Notes: a model not told the origin generated them from the sequence alone. Positions 30,427 through 40,085 are shown, counted from the stretch's first letter. The stretch is 64,000 bases of DNA from Chitinophagales bacterium (GCA_044227805.1 JBGAWA010000001.1:43740-107739); one strand, 5' to 3'. Made by a program: numbers and translations.

Positions 30427-31623
30427 ATGAGAAAGAGTAAACTTCGGACATTGTTGATCATTCCTCTATCGCTGTCTGTGCTGGCAGCCTATCAGTATTT
30501 TGTCTGCCCACACTACAATTTTGATAAAACCAGGCAATTTTCCGGGCCATCTTTCTACAATCCATACCAGGGCATTGACAGTTGCCTGTGGATCAAATGT
30601 AATTTTCATACACATACAAGAGCATGGAGTGGCCTGACCAATGGAACTTCTACAGCGGAAGTAGCAGACAGCATATATCATTTATTCGGTTATACCGTCC
30701 GGTGCATCTCCAACTATCATTGTATCGAGCAGTATGGTAACGGTAAACCTTATTACCTGGAAGCATATGAGCATGGGTATGGACTCCTGAAAAATCACCA
30801 GAATGTTTTAGGCAGTTCGAAAATTAACTGGACAGATTTCCTTTTTCCTCAAACAATTCATAACAAGCAATATATCATCGGGCAGTTGCAGGATGCTGAT
30901 AGTAATGTGATCATCATCAATCATCCGAACAACAGAAACGCCTATCCACCTGCTGATTTTTCATTGCTCGCAGGTTACCATTGCATTGAAATTTACCCGT
31001 CAGGTTCAACTGTAGCCTGGGATTCAGCATTATCAGCCGGAAAACCGGTCTTCTGTGTTGCCAATGATGATGCGCATGATGTAACCGATCCGAGGCTGGT
31101 AGGGCGAAATTACACCTGGGTCGGCGTAAAGGAATTGAATAAAAAAAATATCCTCAGTTCCTTAAAGTCGGGACGCAGCTATACCGTAATAGTGCCGGAG
31201 ATACCGGGTGAAACCATGGAAGAAAAGGCGGTACGGGCAAAAAAAGGAAACGTGTACATCAAAAAAGTAAAGGCCACCGGCGATTCACTGTATATTGCGG
31301 TAAGCGATACTGCATCCTTTCGATTTGTGGGACAAGGTGGAAAATTGCTGTCGGCCTTCAATAATTGCACAGAAGCATCGTATGCTATGCAAGTCGACGA
31401 TACTTATGTACGCACGCGCATTTTTTTCCATGACGGCAGTGAGATCAATGTGAATCCGGTTTTCAGGTATAACGGCGACGTACCATCCATGATGATGCCT
31501 GCCATAGATGAAAACAAAACGATGTGGTTCAGGTTGGCCGGCATATTGGTTATGGTGCTCATCAGTTTGTGGATAGGCATCCTGCTCATCGGTTATTTTT
31601 TTCAGTTGCGGCGAGCCAGTTGA
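30427..31623 (+). CDS. membrane-anchored PHP-like metal-dependent phosphoesterase (tentative)
   Basis: 398 aa with N- and C-terminal TM segments and a CNFHTHT motif, followed later by NHPN and NDDAHD, consistent with a PHP/CehA-like fold. Confidence 0.5.
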   Translation: MRKSKLRTLLIIPLSLSVLAAYQYFVCPHYNFDKTRQFSGPSFYNPYQGIDSCLWIKCNFHTHTRAWSGLTNGTSTAEVADSIYHLFGYTVRCISNYHCIEQYGNGKPYYLEAYEHGYGLLKNHQNVLGSSKINWTDFLFPQTIHNKQYIIGQLQDADSNVIIINHPNNRNAYPPADFSLLAGYHCIEIYPSGSTVAWDSALSAGKPVFCVANDDAHDVTDPRLVGRNYTWVGVKELNKKNILSSLKSGRSYTVIVPEIPGETMEEKAVRAKKGNVYIKKVKATGDSLYIAVSDTASFRFVGQGGKLLSAFNNCTEASYAMQVDDTYVRTRIFFHDGSEINVNPVFRYNGDVPSMMMPAIDENKTMWFRLAGILVMVLISLWIGILLIGYFFQLRRAS

Positions 31624-31635
31624 ATTTCAACATAT

Positions 31636-31780
31636 AAAGCCGCATTTTGCAGTTCAAAATAATAGCGGACAGAAACCTGGCCTGGCGTTGCAAAGGTTTT
31701 GAAAAACGTTTGACTTTTTTAAAGCAGCAACAGCACCTTTGCTGCTCAACCATTCAGTGGAACTAATTTTTCAGTTAAAT
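31636..31780 (-). repeat. strongly diverged copy of the 162-bp element (tentative)
   Basis: CCGCATTTTGCAGTTCAAA matches the element's right TIR in reverse orientation. Internal GCAAAGGT / ACCTTTGC arms flank an A/T-rich loop. The far end is poorly alignable. Confidence 0.35.
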
Positions 31781-31816
31781 ATTCAGGATTAGAGTTACCA
31801 GTCAATAGCATTGATC

Positions 31817-33451
31817 ATGATGTCTCTCAGAACGATTCTTCTGCCTTTGCTGATCGCTTTTTTCGGCGTATTATTTTTCATCCCATTCCTGGGCGCGGTA
31901 CATCTGTTTGACTGGGATGAAATCAATTTCGCGGAGAGTGCACGTGAGATGATTGCCACCGGCAACTATGCACAGGTGCAAATCAATTATCAGCCATTCT
32001 GGGAAAAACCTCCATTGTTTATTTGGCTACAGGTCATCAGCATGCATTTTTTTGGCATTACTGAATTCGCTGCCAGATTTCCTGATGCTGTTACAGGTAT
32101 CATTACGCTCCTCACATTTTTCCTCATTGGGAGAAAATACTACAGCGATCGTTTGGGGCTTCTATGGTGCCTTTGTATGGGTGGTTCGTTGCTGCCACAT
32201 CTTTATTTCAAATCAGGCATTATTGATCCGGTATTTAACTATTTTATTTTTCTCGGCATTTTTCAACTGCAGGTGATGGCATCTAATTACAATCGCTCCA
32301 CCAGTAATAAGGAAGCCATCCTTGCCGGTATATTCATTGGCCTTGGAACACTCACAAAGGGCCCCGTGGCACTGCTGGTTTTTCTCCTCTGCGGAGCCAC
32401 TTACTGGATTATTACACGATTCCGGCCATTGGTTACGATCAAAGAAATGTTGCTTTTCACGCTTGCCTTTATGGCTACCACCGGTACCTGGCTATTAACC
32501 GATATCTATCAAAACGGATGGGCATTCACATCACAATTTATCAGCTACCAGGTTGAACTGCTTACACAACCGGTGGCAGGTCACAGTGGTCCGTTGTACT
32601 ATCATTTCGTGGTTGTATTACTCGGATGTTTCCCGATGTCCATTATCGCGCTTCCGGCTTTGTTCAACAGGCATCCGAAGAAAGAAACGATTGACATGCA
32701 CCGATGGATGCTGATTCTTTTCTGGGTTGTGATTATTTTGTTTTCAATCGTTAAAACCAAGATTGTTCACTATTCTTCACTTACCTATTTTCCGCTTTCC
32801 TTCCTGGCAGCCAAGGTGCTTGATGGGGCGTGGCAGCAAAATCAGGCTATCAGCAAAGGATTGCTTCTACTGACGGTTATCATGGGAACGGTCATTTCCA
32901 TTTTATTTACTGCCGCACCCTGGGTGGCGCAACACCCGTCAATGTTGATACCTTACCTGAACGATCCTTTTGCAGTTGACTGTCTTAGCACACCCGTGGC
33001 CTGGACGGGCTTTGAAAGCTTTATTGGCATTGTCTATTGGCTTTTAATTTTAGCGGCAGTATGGATGCTCTGGAAAAAGCAGATCCGTAACGGAAGCTTT
33101 TTGCTTTTTGGTTCCACTGCTCTTTTCCTGCTGGTTTATCTGAAGGCGGTTGTTCCAAAAATTGAATCCTATTCACAGGGTCCTGCGATAAAATTTTATA
33201 AAGCACAGCAAGGAAAAGATGTGTATGTTCTTCCCGTAGGTTTTAAAAGTTATGCGCATTATTTCTACTTTCAGAAGCCTCCCGGCTGCAGGCCGGAAAG
33301 CAATTCAGAGCAATGGTTAACAGAAGGCGCATTGGATCGCCCTGCCTATTTTGTGATTAAAACCAGTCACCTGGAAAAGATGCAAGAGCATGAAAAGCTG
33401 ACTTTCCTTTACAGCGAAGGAGGATTCGCCTTTTTCAAACGGGAACCGTAA
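31817..33451 (+). CDS. ArnT/PMT-like (GT39/GT83) membrane glycosyltransferase
   Basis: About 544 aa, polytopic, with the N-terminal-loop motif WDEINFAESAREM typical of undecaprenyl/dolichyl-phosphate-sugar transferases. Confidence 0.8.
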   Translation: MMSLRTILLPLLIAFFGVLFFIPFLGAVHLFDWDEINFAESAREMIATGNYAQVQINYQPFWEKPPLFIWLQVISMHFFGITEFAARFPDAVTGIITLLTFFLIGRKYYSDRLGLLWCLCMGGSLLPHLYFKSGIIDPVFNYFIFLGIFQLQVMASNYNRSTSNKEAILAGIFIGLGTLTKGPVALLVFLLCGATYWIITRFRPLVTIKEMLLFTLAFMATTGTWLLTDIYQNGWAFTSQFISYQVELLTQPVAGHSGPLYYHFVVVLLGCFPMSIIALPALFNRHPKKETIDMHRWMLILFWVVIILFSIVKTKIVHYSSLTYFPLSFLAAKVLDGAWQQNQAISKGLLLLTVIMGTVISILFTAAPWVAQHPSMLIPYLNDPFAVDCLSTPVAWTGFESFIGIVYWLLILAAVWMLWKKQIRNGSFLLFGSTALFLLVYLKAVVPKIESYSQGPAIKFYKAQQGKDVYVLPVGFKSYAHYFYFQKPPGCRPESNSEQWLTEGALDRPAYFVIKTSHLEKMQEHEKLTFLYSEGGFAFFKREP

Positions 33452-33565
33452 CAGGGAGCATTTTCATTCCCGGCGGAGTTGGTTAGAGAAGCATCGCTGT
33501 TCGACTGGCAATATCTTCATCCCGGATTTTTTCATTCCAACCTCCTGGTTTTTTGTATAATCAGG

Positions 33566-34459
33566 CTACAAGCCATATCGCAGAGAAAATGAAGCTGCTA
33601 TCCCAAACCTGCTGGCAAATGATTCACCGTTCAGGTACACTTGCTTGCTCAGCTTGCCTTCTATATGAGCGAATATGCTGATCTGATCAGCTATCCGGAG
33701 TGAACCTCCGAACGGAAATCTCAACTCCACCAGGAAAGATGCTGCCGAAGGAATATCCTGCTTCATATCATTGATGCTTTCAAAATACTGAACTATATTG
33801 ATTCCGTTTGAAAAAGTATCGGAAACAATGGTTTGTGAAAAACTGCCGTAATTCTCCAATATCGATGGGTGAACAGCCGCTCCAACTGCTGCTCCCATGC
33901 CGAAAAATGCTCCTGCTCTTTTTGACGGATCCGTTTTAAACACATAATCCGCTGTAAGTCCCAATACAGGAGACCACTCTGTGTAATAGGCGTAATTTCC
34001 AATAATAGAATCGACACGTATTGTATCGCGATTCATAAAATTGGTATTGTGTACAACGTATGGCTGATAATATAATCCGAAAAGCAGTTCACGCTGATAG
34101 AGATATTGCCCCTTTGTTTTGCGGTAAGGAACAAATCCGGCCTGGCAATAGAAGCGCATGGAGTTAAGCGCAGTGGAAGTATTCACCTTATCGCCGGGTA
34201 AAATAAAAGGGACTCCGGTTTTGCTGCTTCCGCTGATTTTCACCAACCCTTCATGGTAATCAGAAAGATCAATCGCCGTAAAATCATTCTCATCTTTAGC
34301 CAATAACATGATTTTATTCAGCGATGCCGGTTCTGATGGCGACCAGAGTTGCAGTCCTGCGCTCACCGATGAAAATTGAAGAAAAGGTGTACGCTGGGCA
34401 TTGGCAAGAGTTGCCGATAACATGCCAATAAACAATATAATATGCCCGACAGGTTTCAA
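33566..34459 (-). CDS. secreted, OM beta-barrel-like hypothetical protein
   Basis: 297 aa with a TTG start and a good signal peptide (…ATLANAQ). It has alternating aromatic/glycine-rich strands and ends SFSLRYGL. It lies 88 bp downstream of gldD. Confidence 0.5.
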   Translation of the reverse strand: MKPVGHIILFIGMLSATLANAQRTPFLQFSSVSAGLQLWSPSEPASLNKIMLLAKDENDFTAIDLSDYHEGLVKISGSSKTGVPFILPGDKVNTSTALNSMRFYCQAGFVPYRKTKGQYLYQRELLFGLYYQPYVVHNTNFMNRDTIRVDSIIGNYAYYTEWSPVLGLTADYVFKTDPSKRAGAFFGMGAAVGAAVHPSILENYGSFSQTIVSDTFSNGINIVQYFESINDMKQDIPSAASFLVELRFPFGGSLRIADQISIFAHIEGKLSKQVYLNGESFASRFGIAASFSLRYGL

Positions 34460-34546
34460 GAGTTACTATTAGAAAAATGAAAGTGCATGTATAACAAATA
34501 TACGGGGTGGTTACAAATTAAGAACGGCACCCTTCTCCGCCTGCTG

Positions 34547-35194
34547 TCAATCCTTCCATTTCAAGGTGCTGATCAATTCAATAATATCCGGTTTAATGAA
34601 ATCCACTACGGGCGCAATGGAGTCGGCATTTGGTGTGTTATAAAAATAGAGAGAGCCGCGTAAAAAATGTTTGATGCTATCGGTTACAAAAAACTGTACG
34701 GCTGAAGCGGCATTACCACCTACTTCATAGTAAATGCCATACACATGATTGGGTGTACGCAGCAGATTTTCATCTATATAATCGGCCTTAATCGTGTGTT
34801 TGAAAGTGAGTTGATGGGCGTCCTCCACCAATTGCTGCAGCATATTTTTGCCGGTCATCTCCTTGTAGCTGAGGTACAAATTTCCGTTCAGCGCCGGAAA
34901 AGAAATATTAAACCAGCAGGGATTGTCGGGAACGGTATCGAGGAAAACCGTGTCACGGTTGATGACACCATAGGTTGGATACTCAAAAGTAAACGGGCAG
35001 GTTTCACTTTCAAAATGCTGATACCCTCTCTGCGGCATGATGATTTTGAAATAGCCCCGCGGCTTAGGCGTATAGGAATTGCCGCAACCCATCACGAACA
35101 TACAGCTAATGAAAAAATAAACGGTTGATAAGGTTGCCTGCTTCCGCAACAGAGAAGCGATGGTATTGATATACAGTGCAACGTAGCTTTTCAT
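34547..35194 (-). CDS. gldD: gliding-motility lipoprotein GldD
   Basis: 215 aa with the lipobox VMGC and PKPRGYFKI just after the Cys. Its position immediately after gldE (ATGA overlap), next to ssb-mutY, matches the Flavobacterium arrangement. Confidence 0.75.
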   Translation of the reverse strand: MKSYVALYINTIASLLRKQATLSTVYFFISCMFVMGCGNSYTPKPRGYFKIIMPQRGYQHFESETCPFTFEYPTYGVINRDTVFLDTVPDNPCWFNISFPALNGNLYLSYKEMTGKNMLQQLVEDAHQLTFKHTIKADYIDENLLRTPNHVYGIYYEVGGNAASAVQFFVTDSIKHFLRGSLYFYNTPNADSIAPVVDFIKPDIIELISTLKWKD

Positions 35195-36549
35195 GCTGAT
35201 TCATCCGGATTGTTTTCCATCCGCGTTACCTTAACCGAGGTGATACGGTAGTTTTCAACCGATAGTACAGTGAAGAGGAAATTCTCATACTGAACGGTTT
35301 CATTGGGTTGTGGGATGGTACCGCGAATCTCCAGTATCAAACCGCCGAGTGAATCAGTATCGCTCTTCACATCATCAAAAAAATCTTCTGGCAGGTTCAT
35401 CAGCTTGCAAAAATCATTGATCGGTACTTTTGCCTCGAAAATAAAATTGTTTTCATCCACCTTGGTGTACTCCAGTTCAATTTTTTCATCCGTTTCATCA
35501 CGTATGTCACCGATAATTTCTTCCACGATATCTTCGAGTGTCACCAGTCCTGCCGTTCGGCCATATTCATCAATCACCACTGCCATGTGGCGCTGATTGC
35601 TTTGTAACTCCAGCAGCAGCTGCGATATTTTTTTTCCTTCGGGAACAAAGTAAGCCTCCCTGATCAGTTGCTGCCAGTTTTGATTGGCAGGTTCCTGCAG
35701 AAAAGCAAGCAGGTCTTTTGTGTAGAAAATGCCGATGATGTGATCGAGGTTCTCGCGGTATACAGGCAGTCTTGAGTATCCTACTTCCCGCACAGTTTTG
35801 AGCAGCTGCGCGAAATCCGTTTTTTCATTCACACAAAACATATCAATTCGCGACTTCATAATCTGCCGAACAACAATTGTCCGGAATTTGAGAATGCCCT
35901 GCATGATTGGAATACCATCATCATGGCCTGTTGACTCTTCCACTAACTGCTCTTCCGGCTTTTCCATCACTTCTTCTTCAAGCCCTTCGTTGATCCTGCT
36001 GAAACGCTTCTCAATAAAGTACGAGGATTCAATAATGAATTCGGTGAAAGGATAGAAGAGCCTGCTCAGCAAAAAAAGGGGTGTGCCCATGGTCTTCGAC
36101 CACATGATATTATTCTTTCCGCCAAAAAATTTAGGAAGGATTTCCTGAAAGACGAGCAACAATAAGATTAAAGCCAATATTTCAAGGAGGTATTCAAGCC
36201 AGGAAAAAGAAGAGCCCCCGAAAAGGTGAATGCCGATTCTTACCGCAATGAAAAGCACGGTTACATTCACTACCATCTGCAACATCTTCACCAGCACCAG
36301 CAGTTGACGCGGCCTGGCCATCAGGTGTTGAATATGGCGAAAAGTGCGGGGACTCTTCTTCTCTAAATCAGCCAACTCACTGGACGTAAGCGAGAAAAGT
36401 GCATGCTCTCCTCCTGAAACCAGGAAAGAGATAAAAAGCAGCAGCAGTACAGAAACCGAGAATAATGATACATCTACCGGAACCGAATAAATAAGTGCCA
36501 ATGGCACCGTCAATCGATCCGAAACTGTCACACTGCCTGTAAGATCCAA
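35191..36549 (-). CDS. gldE: gliding-motility protein GldE (DUF21/CNNM TM domain + 2 CBS + CorC_HlyC)
   Basis: 452 aa with the typical hemolysin/CorC-like architecture. The start codon is uncertain (TTG at 36549). Confidence 0.85.
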   Translation of the reverse strand: MDLTGSVTVSDRLTVPLALIYSVPVDVSLFSVSVLLLLFISFLVSGGEHALFSLTSSELADLEKKSPRTFRHIQHLMARPRQLLVLVKMLQMVVNVTVLFIAVRIGIHLFGGSSFSWLEYLLEILALILLLLVFQEILPKFFGGKNNIMWSKTMGTPLFLLSRLFYPFTEFIIESSYFIEKRFSRINEGLEEEVMEKPEEQLVEESTGHDDGIPIMQGILKFRTIVVRQIMKSRIDMFCVNEKTDFAQLLKTVREVGYSRLPVYRENLDHIIGIFYTKDLLAFLQEPANQNWQQLIREAYFVPEGKKISQLLLELQSNQRHMAVVIDEYGRTAGLVTLEDIVEEIIGDIRDETDEKIELEYTKVDENNFIFEAKVPINDFCKLMNLPEDFFDDVKSDTDSLGGLILEIRGTIPQPNETVQYENFLFTVLSVENYRITSVKVTRMENNPDESA

Positions 36550-36575
36550 ATGAGTTTTGCTTTAGTCAGACAACT

Positions 36576-36974
36576 TTAGAAAGGAAGGTCATCCGCTACT
36601 GTAGCATCGACAGTTTCATTGATTGATGTCTCTGAACCATCGGGCTTACGATCGAGCATATTAAATGTGTCGACCACAATTTCGGTAAAGTAGCGCTTAA
36701 TGTTTTCCTTGTCTGTGTAACTGCGGCTCCTGATTTTACCTTCAAGGTAAATGGCGCTGCCTTTCTTAAGGAATTTCTCCGCCAGTTCAGCGGTTTTCCG
36801 CCAGCACACGATGTTGTGCCATTCGGTTTGTTCCTTGCGTTCGCCGTTCTTGTCATTGTACACCTCTGTAGTGGCCAATGTAAATTTTGCAACGGCAATT
36901 CCACCTTCAAGGTGATTTACTTCGGGATCTTTTCCAAGATGCCCAACGAGGATAACTTTGTTAATGCCTCTCAT
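36576..36974 (-). CDS. ssb: single-stranded DNA-binding protein
   Basis: 132 aa starting MRGINKVILVGHLGKDPEV, with TEWHNIV and an acidic C-terminal DDLPF tip. Confidence 0.95.
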   Translation of the reverse strand: MRGINKVILVGHLGKDPEVNHLEGGIAVAKFTLATTEVYNDKNGERKEQTEWHNIVCWRKTAELAEKFLKKGSAIYLEGKIRSRSYTDKENIKRYFTEIVVDTFNMLDRKPDGSETSINETVDATVADDLPF

Positions 36975-37089
36975 AAGAATAAAATTTTGGGTTAAGAAAT
37001 AAATACAAAGCTAAAATAGCATTTTTTTAATTCGTAGGGTGAAAAAAATAGTATTACAGCTTCATTGGGAGGTTATGATCAACAGCGTG

Positions 37090-37214
37090 TTGAACCCCCT
37101 ACATAACACCGCTAAAAGTTTGCAAAACATTTCCTTTTACTGTAAAAATGAGCAACCTTTTAGCAGATCATTGTCGCAGCGAAGAAGGCTTTTTCCAGAT
37201 TAAATCCGGATTAA
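37090..37214 (-). repeat. diverged, internally shortened copy of the 162-bp element
   Basis: TTGAACCC ... GCTAAAAGTTTGCAAAACATTTCCTTTT ... GAGCAACCTTTTAGCAG ... GTCGCAGCGAAG ... GGCTTTTTCCAGATTAAATCCGGATTAA is colinear with the reverse-oriented element. The stem positions are changed in a compensatory way. Confidence 0.6.
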
Positions 37215-37375
37215 CTGATAAGCAGTAAAGCAACGAGGTTCAATGGTACGTTTCAGAAAGGATATGATTCCTCATTATAATGAAGGGACTATTTACCTTT
37301 TCTCTCTTAACAAAATCTGATTAACCCGTACCGATCCTCAACAAGAGAAGCCTGCTACATGTAAACATTCTTTGT

Positions 37376-38434
37376 TCACTCCAGAACCTCTGTCAAATAT
37401 TTCCTGATCAACACCGGAAAGGCGATGCCTGGCAAAGAAGACTTCTTCACCATTTGCCAGCCTGCCGGTAATCGCTGCTGGTGACCCTGCAACTTCACCG
37501 TGAAAAACTGTGCATAAATGGTTTGATGGGTCAACTGCTGAAGCATTATTCTTGAAACCGATTTGAGGAGTATTTTTTTTCCGTAAAAAAACGGATGACT
37601 CTTCCAAAAGCGCAGAAACTTGTTCTCCGTTTGAGCGGCATTCGTTTCAATCAATGGAAACTGATACAATCCCTTCCAGATGTCTTTGTTATTTCTTCTC
37701 TCGATAATGATTTCCCTTTCATTTTCCATTATCAAAAAGTTGAACCACCTGTTCCGTACACTTGCCTTTTTTTCCTTCACCGGAAAATCCATCACGGCAT
37801 TCTTAAGAAAGGCGACACAGGTCTTGTTGAAGATGCAGGTATCGCAAGCCGGATTGGCGGGCCGGCAAACCAAAGCGCCAAAATTCATGATGGCCTGATT
37901 GTAGTCTGCCGGATGATTTTTATCAAGCAGGTCATGCGCCAGCTTTGCGAATAATTTTTTGCCGGCCGTAGAATCAACGGCATTGCTGATGCCGAAATAC
38001 CTGGCCAGCACACGAAAGACATTGCCATCCACTACAGCGTGTGGAAGGTCGAAGGCGAAAGAAGCAATCGCCGCCGCTGAGTAAGCACCCACTCCTTTCA
38101 GCTTCAGTATTTCCTCATAGGTTGATGGAAACACTCCATGGTAATCTTGCAACACTTGCCGGGCAGCACTGTGCAGGTTGCGAGCACGGGTATAGTAACC
38201 CAGCCCTTCCCATAACTGCAGCACTTCATCTTCTGCGGCATTAGCGAGATGATATACCGTTGGAAATTTTTTAGAGATGCGTTCATAATATGGAAGCCCT
38301 TGCGCTACGCGGGTTTGCTGTAGGATAATTTCCGAGAGCCAGATATGGTAAGGGTCTTTTGTTTCTTTCCAGGGCATACTGCGCGGATTGGCCGCATACC
38401 ATTTTAATAGCCTCCTTCGGAATGAAATGTTCAT
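37376..38434 (-). CDS. mutY: A/G-specific adenine DNA glycosylase
   Basis: Track ORF starts at GTG 38437; the ATG is at 38434. It has PWKETKDPYHIWLSEIILQQTRV, a HhH-GPD domain, a 4-Cys cluster (CRPANPACDTCIFNKTC) and a NUDIX-like C-terminal domain. Confidence 0.95.
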   Translation of the reverse strand: MNISFRRRLLKWYAANPRSMPWKETKDPYHIWLSEIILQQTRVAQGLPYYERISKKFPTVYHLANAAEDEVLQLWEGLGYYTRARNLHSAARQVLQDYHGVFPSTYEEILKLKGVGAYSAAAIASFAFDLPHAVVDGNVFRVLARYFGISNAVDSTAGKKLFAKLAHDLLDKNHPADYNQAIMNFGALVCRPANPACDTCIFNKTCVAFLKNAVMDFPVKEKKASVRNRWFNFLIMENEREIIIERRNNKDIWKGLYQFPLIETNAAQTENKFLRFWKSHPFFYGKKILLKSVSRIMLQQLTHQTIYAQFFTVKLQGHQQRLPAGWQMVKKSSLPGIAFPVLIRKYLTEVLE

Positions 38435-38511
38435 CACAGAGCAAGAACCATAATATTCATGAAGAGTTCAACCGCCATTAAATCCGGCTTTTTTCAGGAG
38501 GCAAATGCAGA

Positions 38512-38916
38512 TTACTTCTTTTTGCCCGCCAGGCATGCCTTCCACCTGTTCCAATAATACGTAGTCCATCCCTTCCTGATGCTGTCTGCATATTTATCCG
38601 GCACATTGGCATGCACCATCATCAGCAAGGCATCCTTATCTTTTTGCTCCAATGTGAGCAGGAAGATAGAGTCCTGTTCTTCTTTATCCCATTCAGCCGC
38701 ACGCCACGTTTGTAAAATCATTTTATTCTTAATGAGCACGAGGTTTTTTCCGGTGATATAATCGCCGCTCACCGTAAACCGGGTTCCTTCCTTATCTGTA
38801 ATCTCTGCAGGATAACCAGTTGACACTGCATGCTTTTTCGCATGCATATACAGTTCATACAAAACCCTCGTGGTGGTGTTTTTGAAAATCACTTTCTGCG
38901 TAATGCTTTTGGCCAT
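38512..38916 (-). CDS. SRPBCC/AHSA1-family protein
   Basis: Track ORF extends to 38985; the likely start is ATG 38916 (MAKSITQKVIFK). The family assignment comes from overall similarity as remembered. Confidence 0.65.
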   Translation of the reverse strand: MAKSITQKVIFKNTTTRVLYELYMHAKKHAVSTGYPAEITDKEGTRFTVSGDYITGKNLVLIKNKMILQTWRAAEWDKEEQDSIFLLTLEQKDKDALLMMVHANVPDKYADSIRKGWTTYYWNRWKACLAGKKK

Positions 38917-39115
38917 ACCACTGCCTTTTGTTTTGACCAAGATAAGTTTTTGCGTAGTAAATGCTGAATGAGCAATTGTTCCCAATGCCTGAAACCTGGC
39001 ACCACCGGAATTTATTGCGTCCGTTCCAATTGTGCCTGTTCATTATGTTGGTCGTGAGATGAACGGATGTTAATTTTCGGGTAAGCATATTTTGATTGGA
39101 TTGAAAATGCAACTA

Positions 39116-39277
39116 TTCAACCCGGATTTTTCAGTGGAAAAATCCCGCTTCGCTGCGACTTAGAACTGCTAAGGGTTTGCTCAATTTGTATAGAAAAGAA
39201 AATGTTTCACAAACCCTAAGCTGTTCTACGTCGGGGTTAAACCCGTTGCCGCTTTGAACTGCAAAATGCGGGTTCAA
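39116..39277 (+). repeat. 162-bp TIR/hairpin element, copy 2
   Basis: Direct identity with the other copies. It lies 75 bp downstream of the DtxR-family gene stop. Confidence 0.9.
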
Positions 39278-39352
39278 ACGGCCGGAGTAAACATTGCTGC
39301 AGCTGAGCGTACAGGTGATTAAAAATCAGGATTAGCTGCTCAGTTCCAACTG

Positions 39353-40006
39353 TTAGTTCTCCACCAGTAAGCTGCTGCTCACGTCAAGGCTGAGTGTTTC
39401 CGACACGTGCCTGCCGTAACTCACCACCATGGTGCGGTCGAATGGTTCAACGGATCTGATCTTCATCCTGGTTCCCAGCTTCAGGTCGCGGCTGTTCAGG
39501 AATTTCAGAAATTCCACTGAAGTATTGTTGACAGCAGCCAGTTTTACCGAACTGCCTGCCTTACATTCATTGAGGTGCTTGAAGGTCTTCCTTTCCATTT
39601 TACCATGCTTATCCGGAATGGGTGATCCATGCGGATCGAGTTTTGGATAACCCAGCAACTCATCCATCTTCTCAAAAAATTCTGTCGATTGGATATGCTC
39701 AACCTGTTCCGCAATGGCATGAACCGTCTCCCACCCGATCCCCATTCTTTGAACCAGGAACATCTCTGTCAGCCTGTGCTTGCGAATGATGATGCTGGCC
39801 ACTCTCTTCCCTCTTTCCGTAAGACGGAGAGGTTTATACCGCTGATAATGCACCAGCTTCTCCTCCGATAACTTTTTCATCATGCTTGTAACAGTAGGCA
39901 TCTTGATATGCAGTTGACTGGAGAGCTGATTTACAGTTACCTGCTCCGACTTGCCGGACAGGATAAACAGCGTCTTCAGGTAGTTCTCTTCAGTGAAGGT
40001 ATTCAT
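39353..40006 (-). CDS. DtxR/MntR-family metal-dependent transcriptional regulator with a FeoA/SH3-like C-terminal domain
   Basis: 217 aa starting MNTFTEENYLKTLFIL, with RGKRVASIIIRKHRLTEMFL and PHGSPIP. Confidence 0.9.
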   Translation of the reverse strand: MNTFTEENYLKTLFILSGKSEQVTVNQLSSQLHIKMPTVTSMMKKLSEEKLVHYQRYKPLRLTERGKRVASIIIRKHRLTEMFLVQRMGIGWETVHAIAEQVEHIQSTEFFEKMDELLGYPKLDPHGSPIPDKHGKMERKTFKHLNECKAGSSVKLAAVNNTSVEFLKFLNSRDLKLGTRMKIRSVEPFDRTMVVSYGRHVSETLSLDVSSSLLVEN

Positions 40007-40069
40007 GATGTGGATGTCGACGGAGGCAATGGTTATGCTGCCTGCGCGGATAAAGGTAAAAAAATATTT

Positions 40070-40085
40070 GTTAGATTCATCTAAC
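40070..40085. promoter_or_regulatory. candidate operator: perfect 7-2-7 palindrome GTTAGAT-TC-ATCTAAC
   Basis: It sits in the 112-bp divergent region between the regulator start (40006) and the di-haem gene start (40119). It has TTAG/CTAA half-sites like DtxR-family boxes. Confidence 0.4.
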
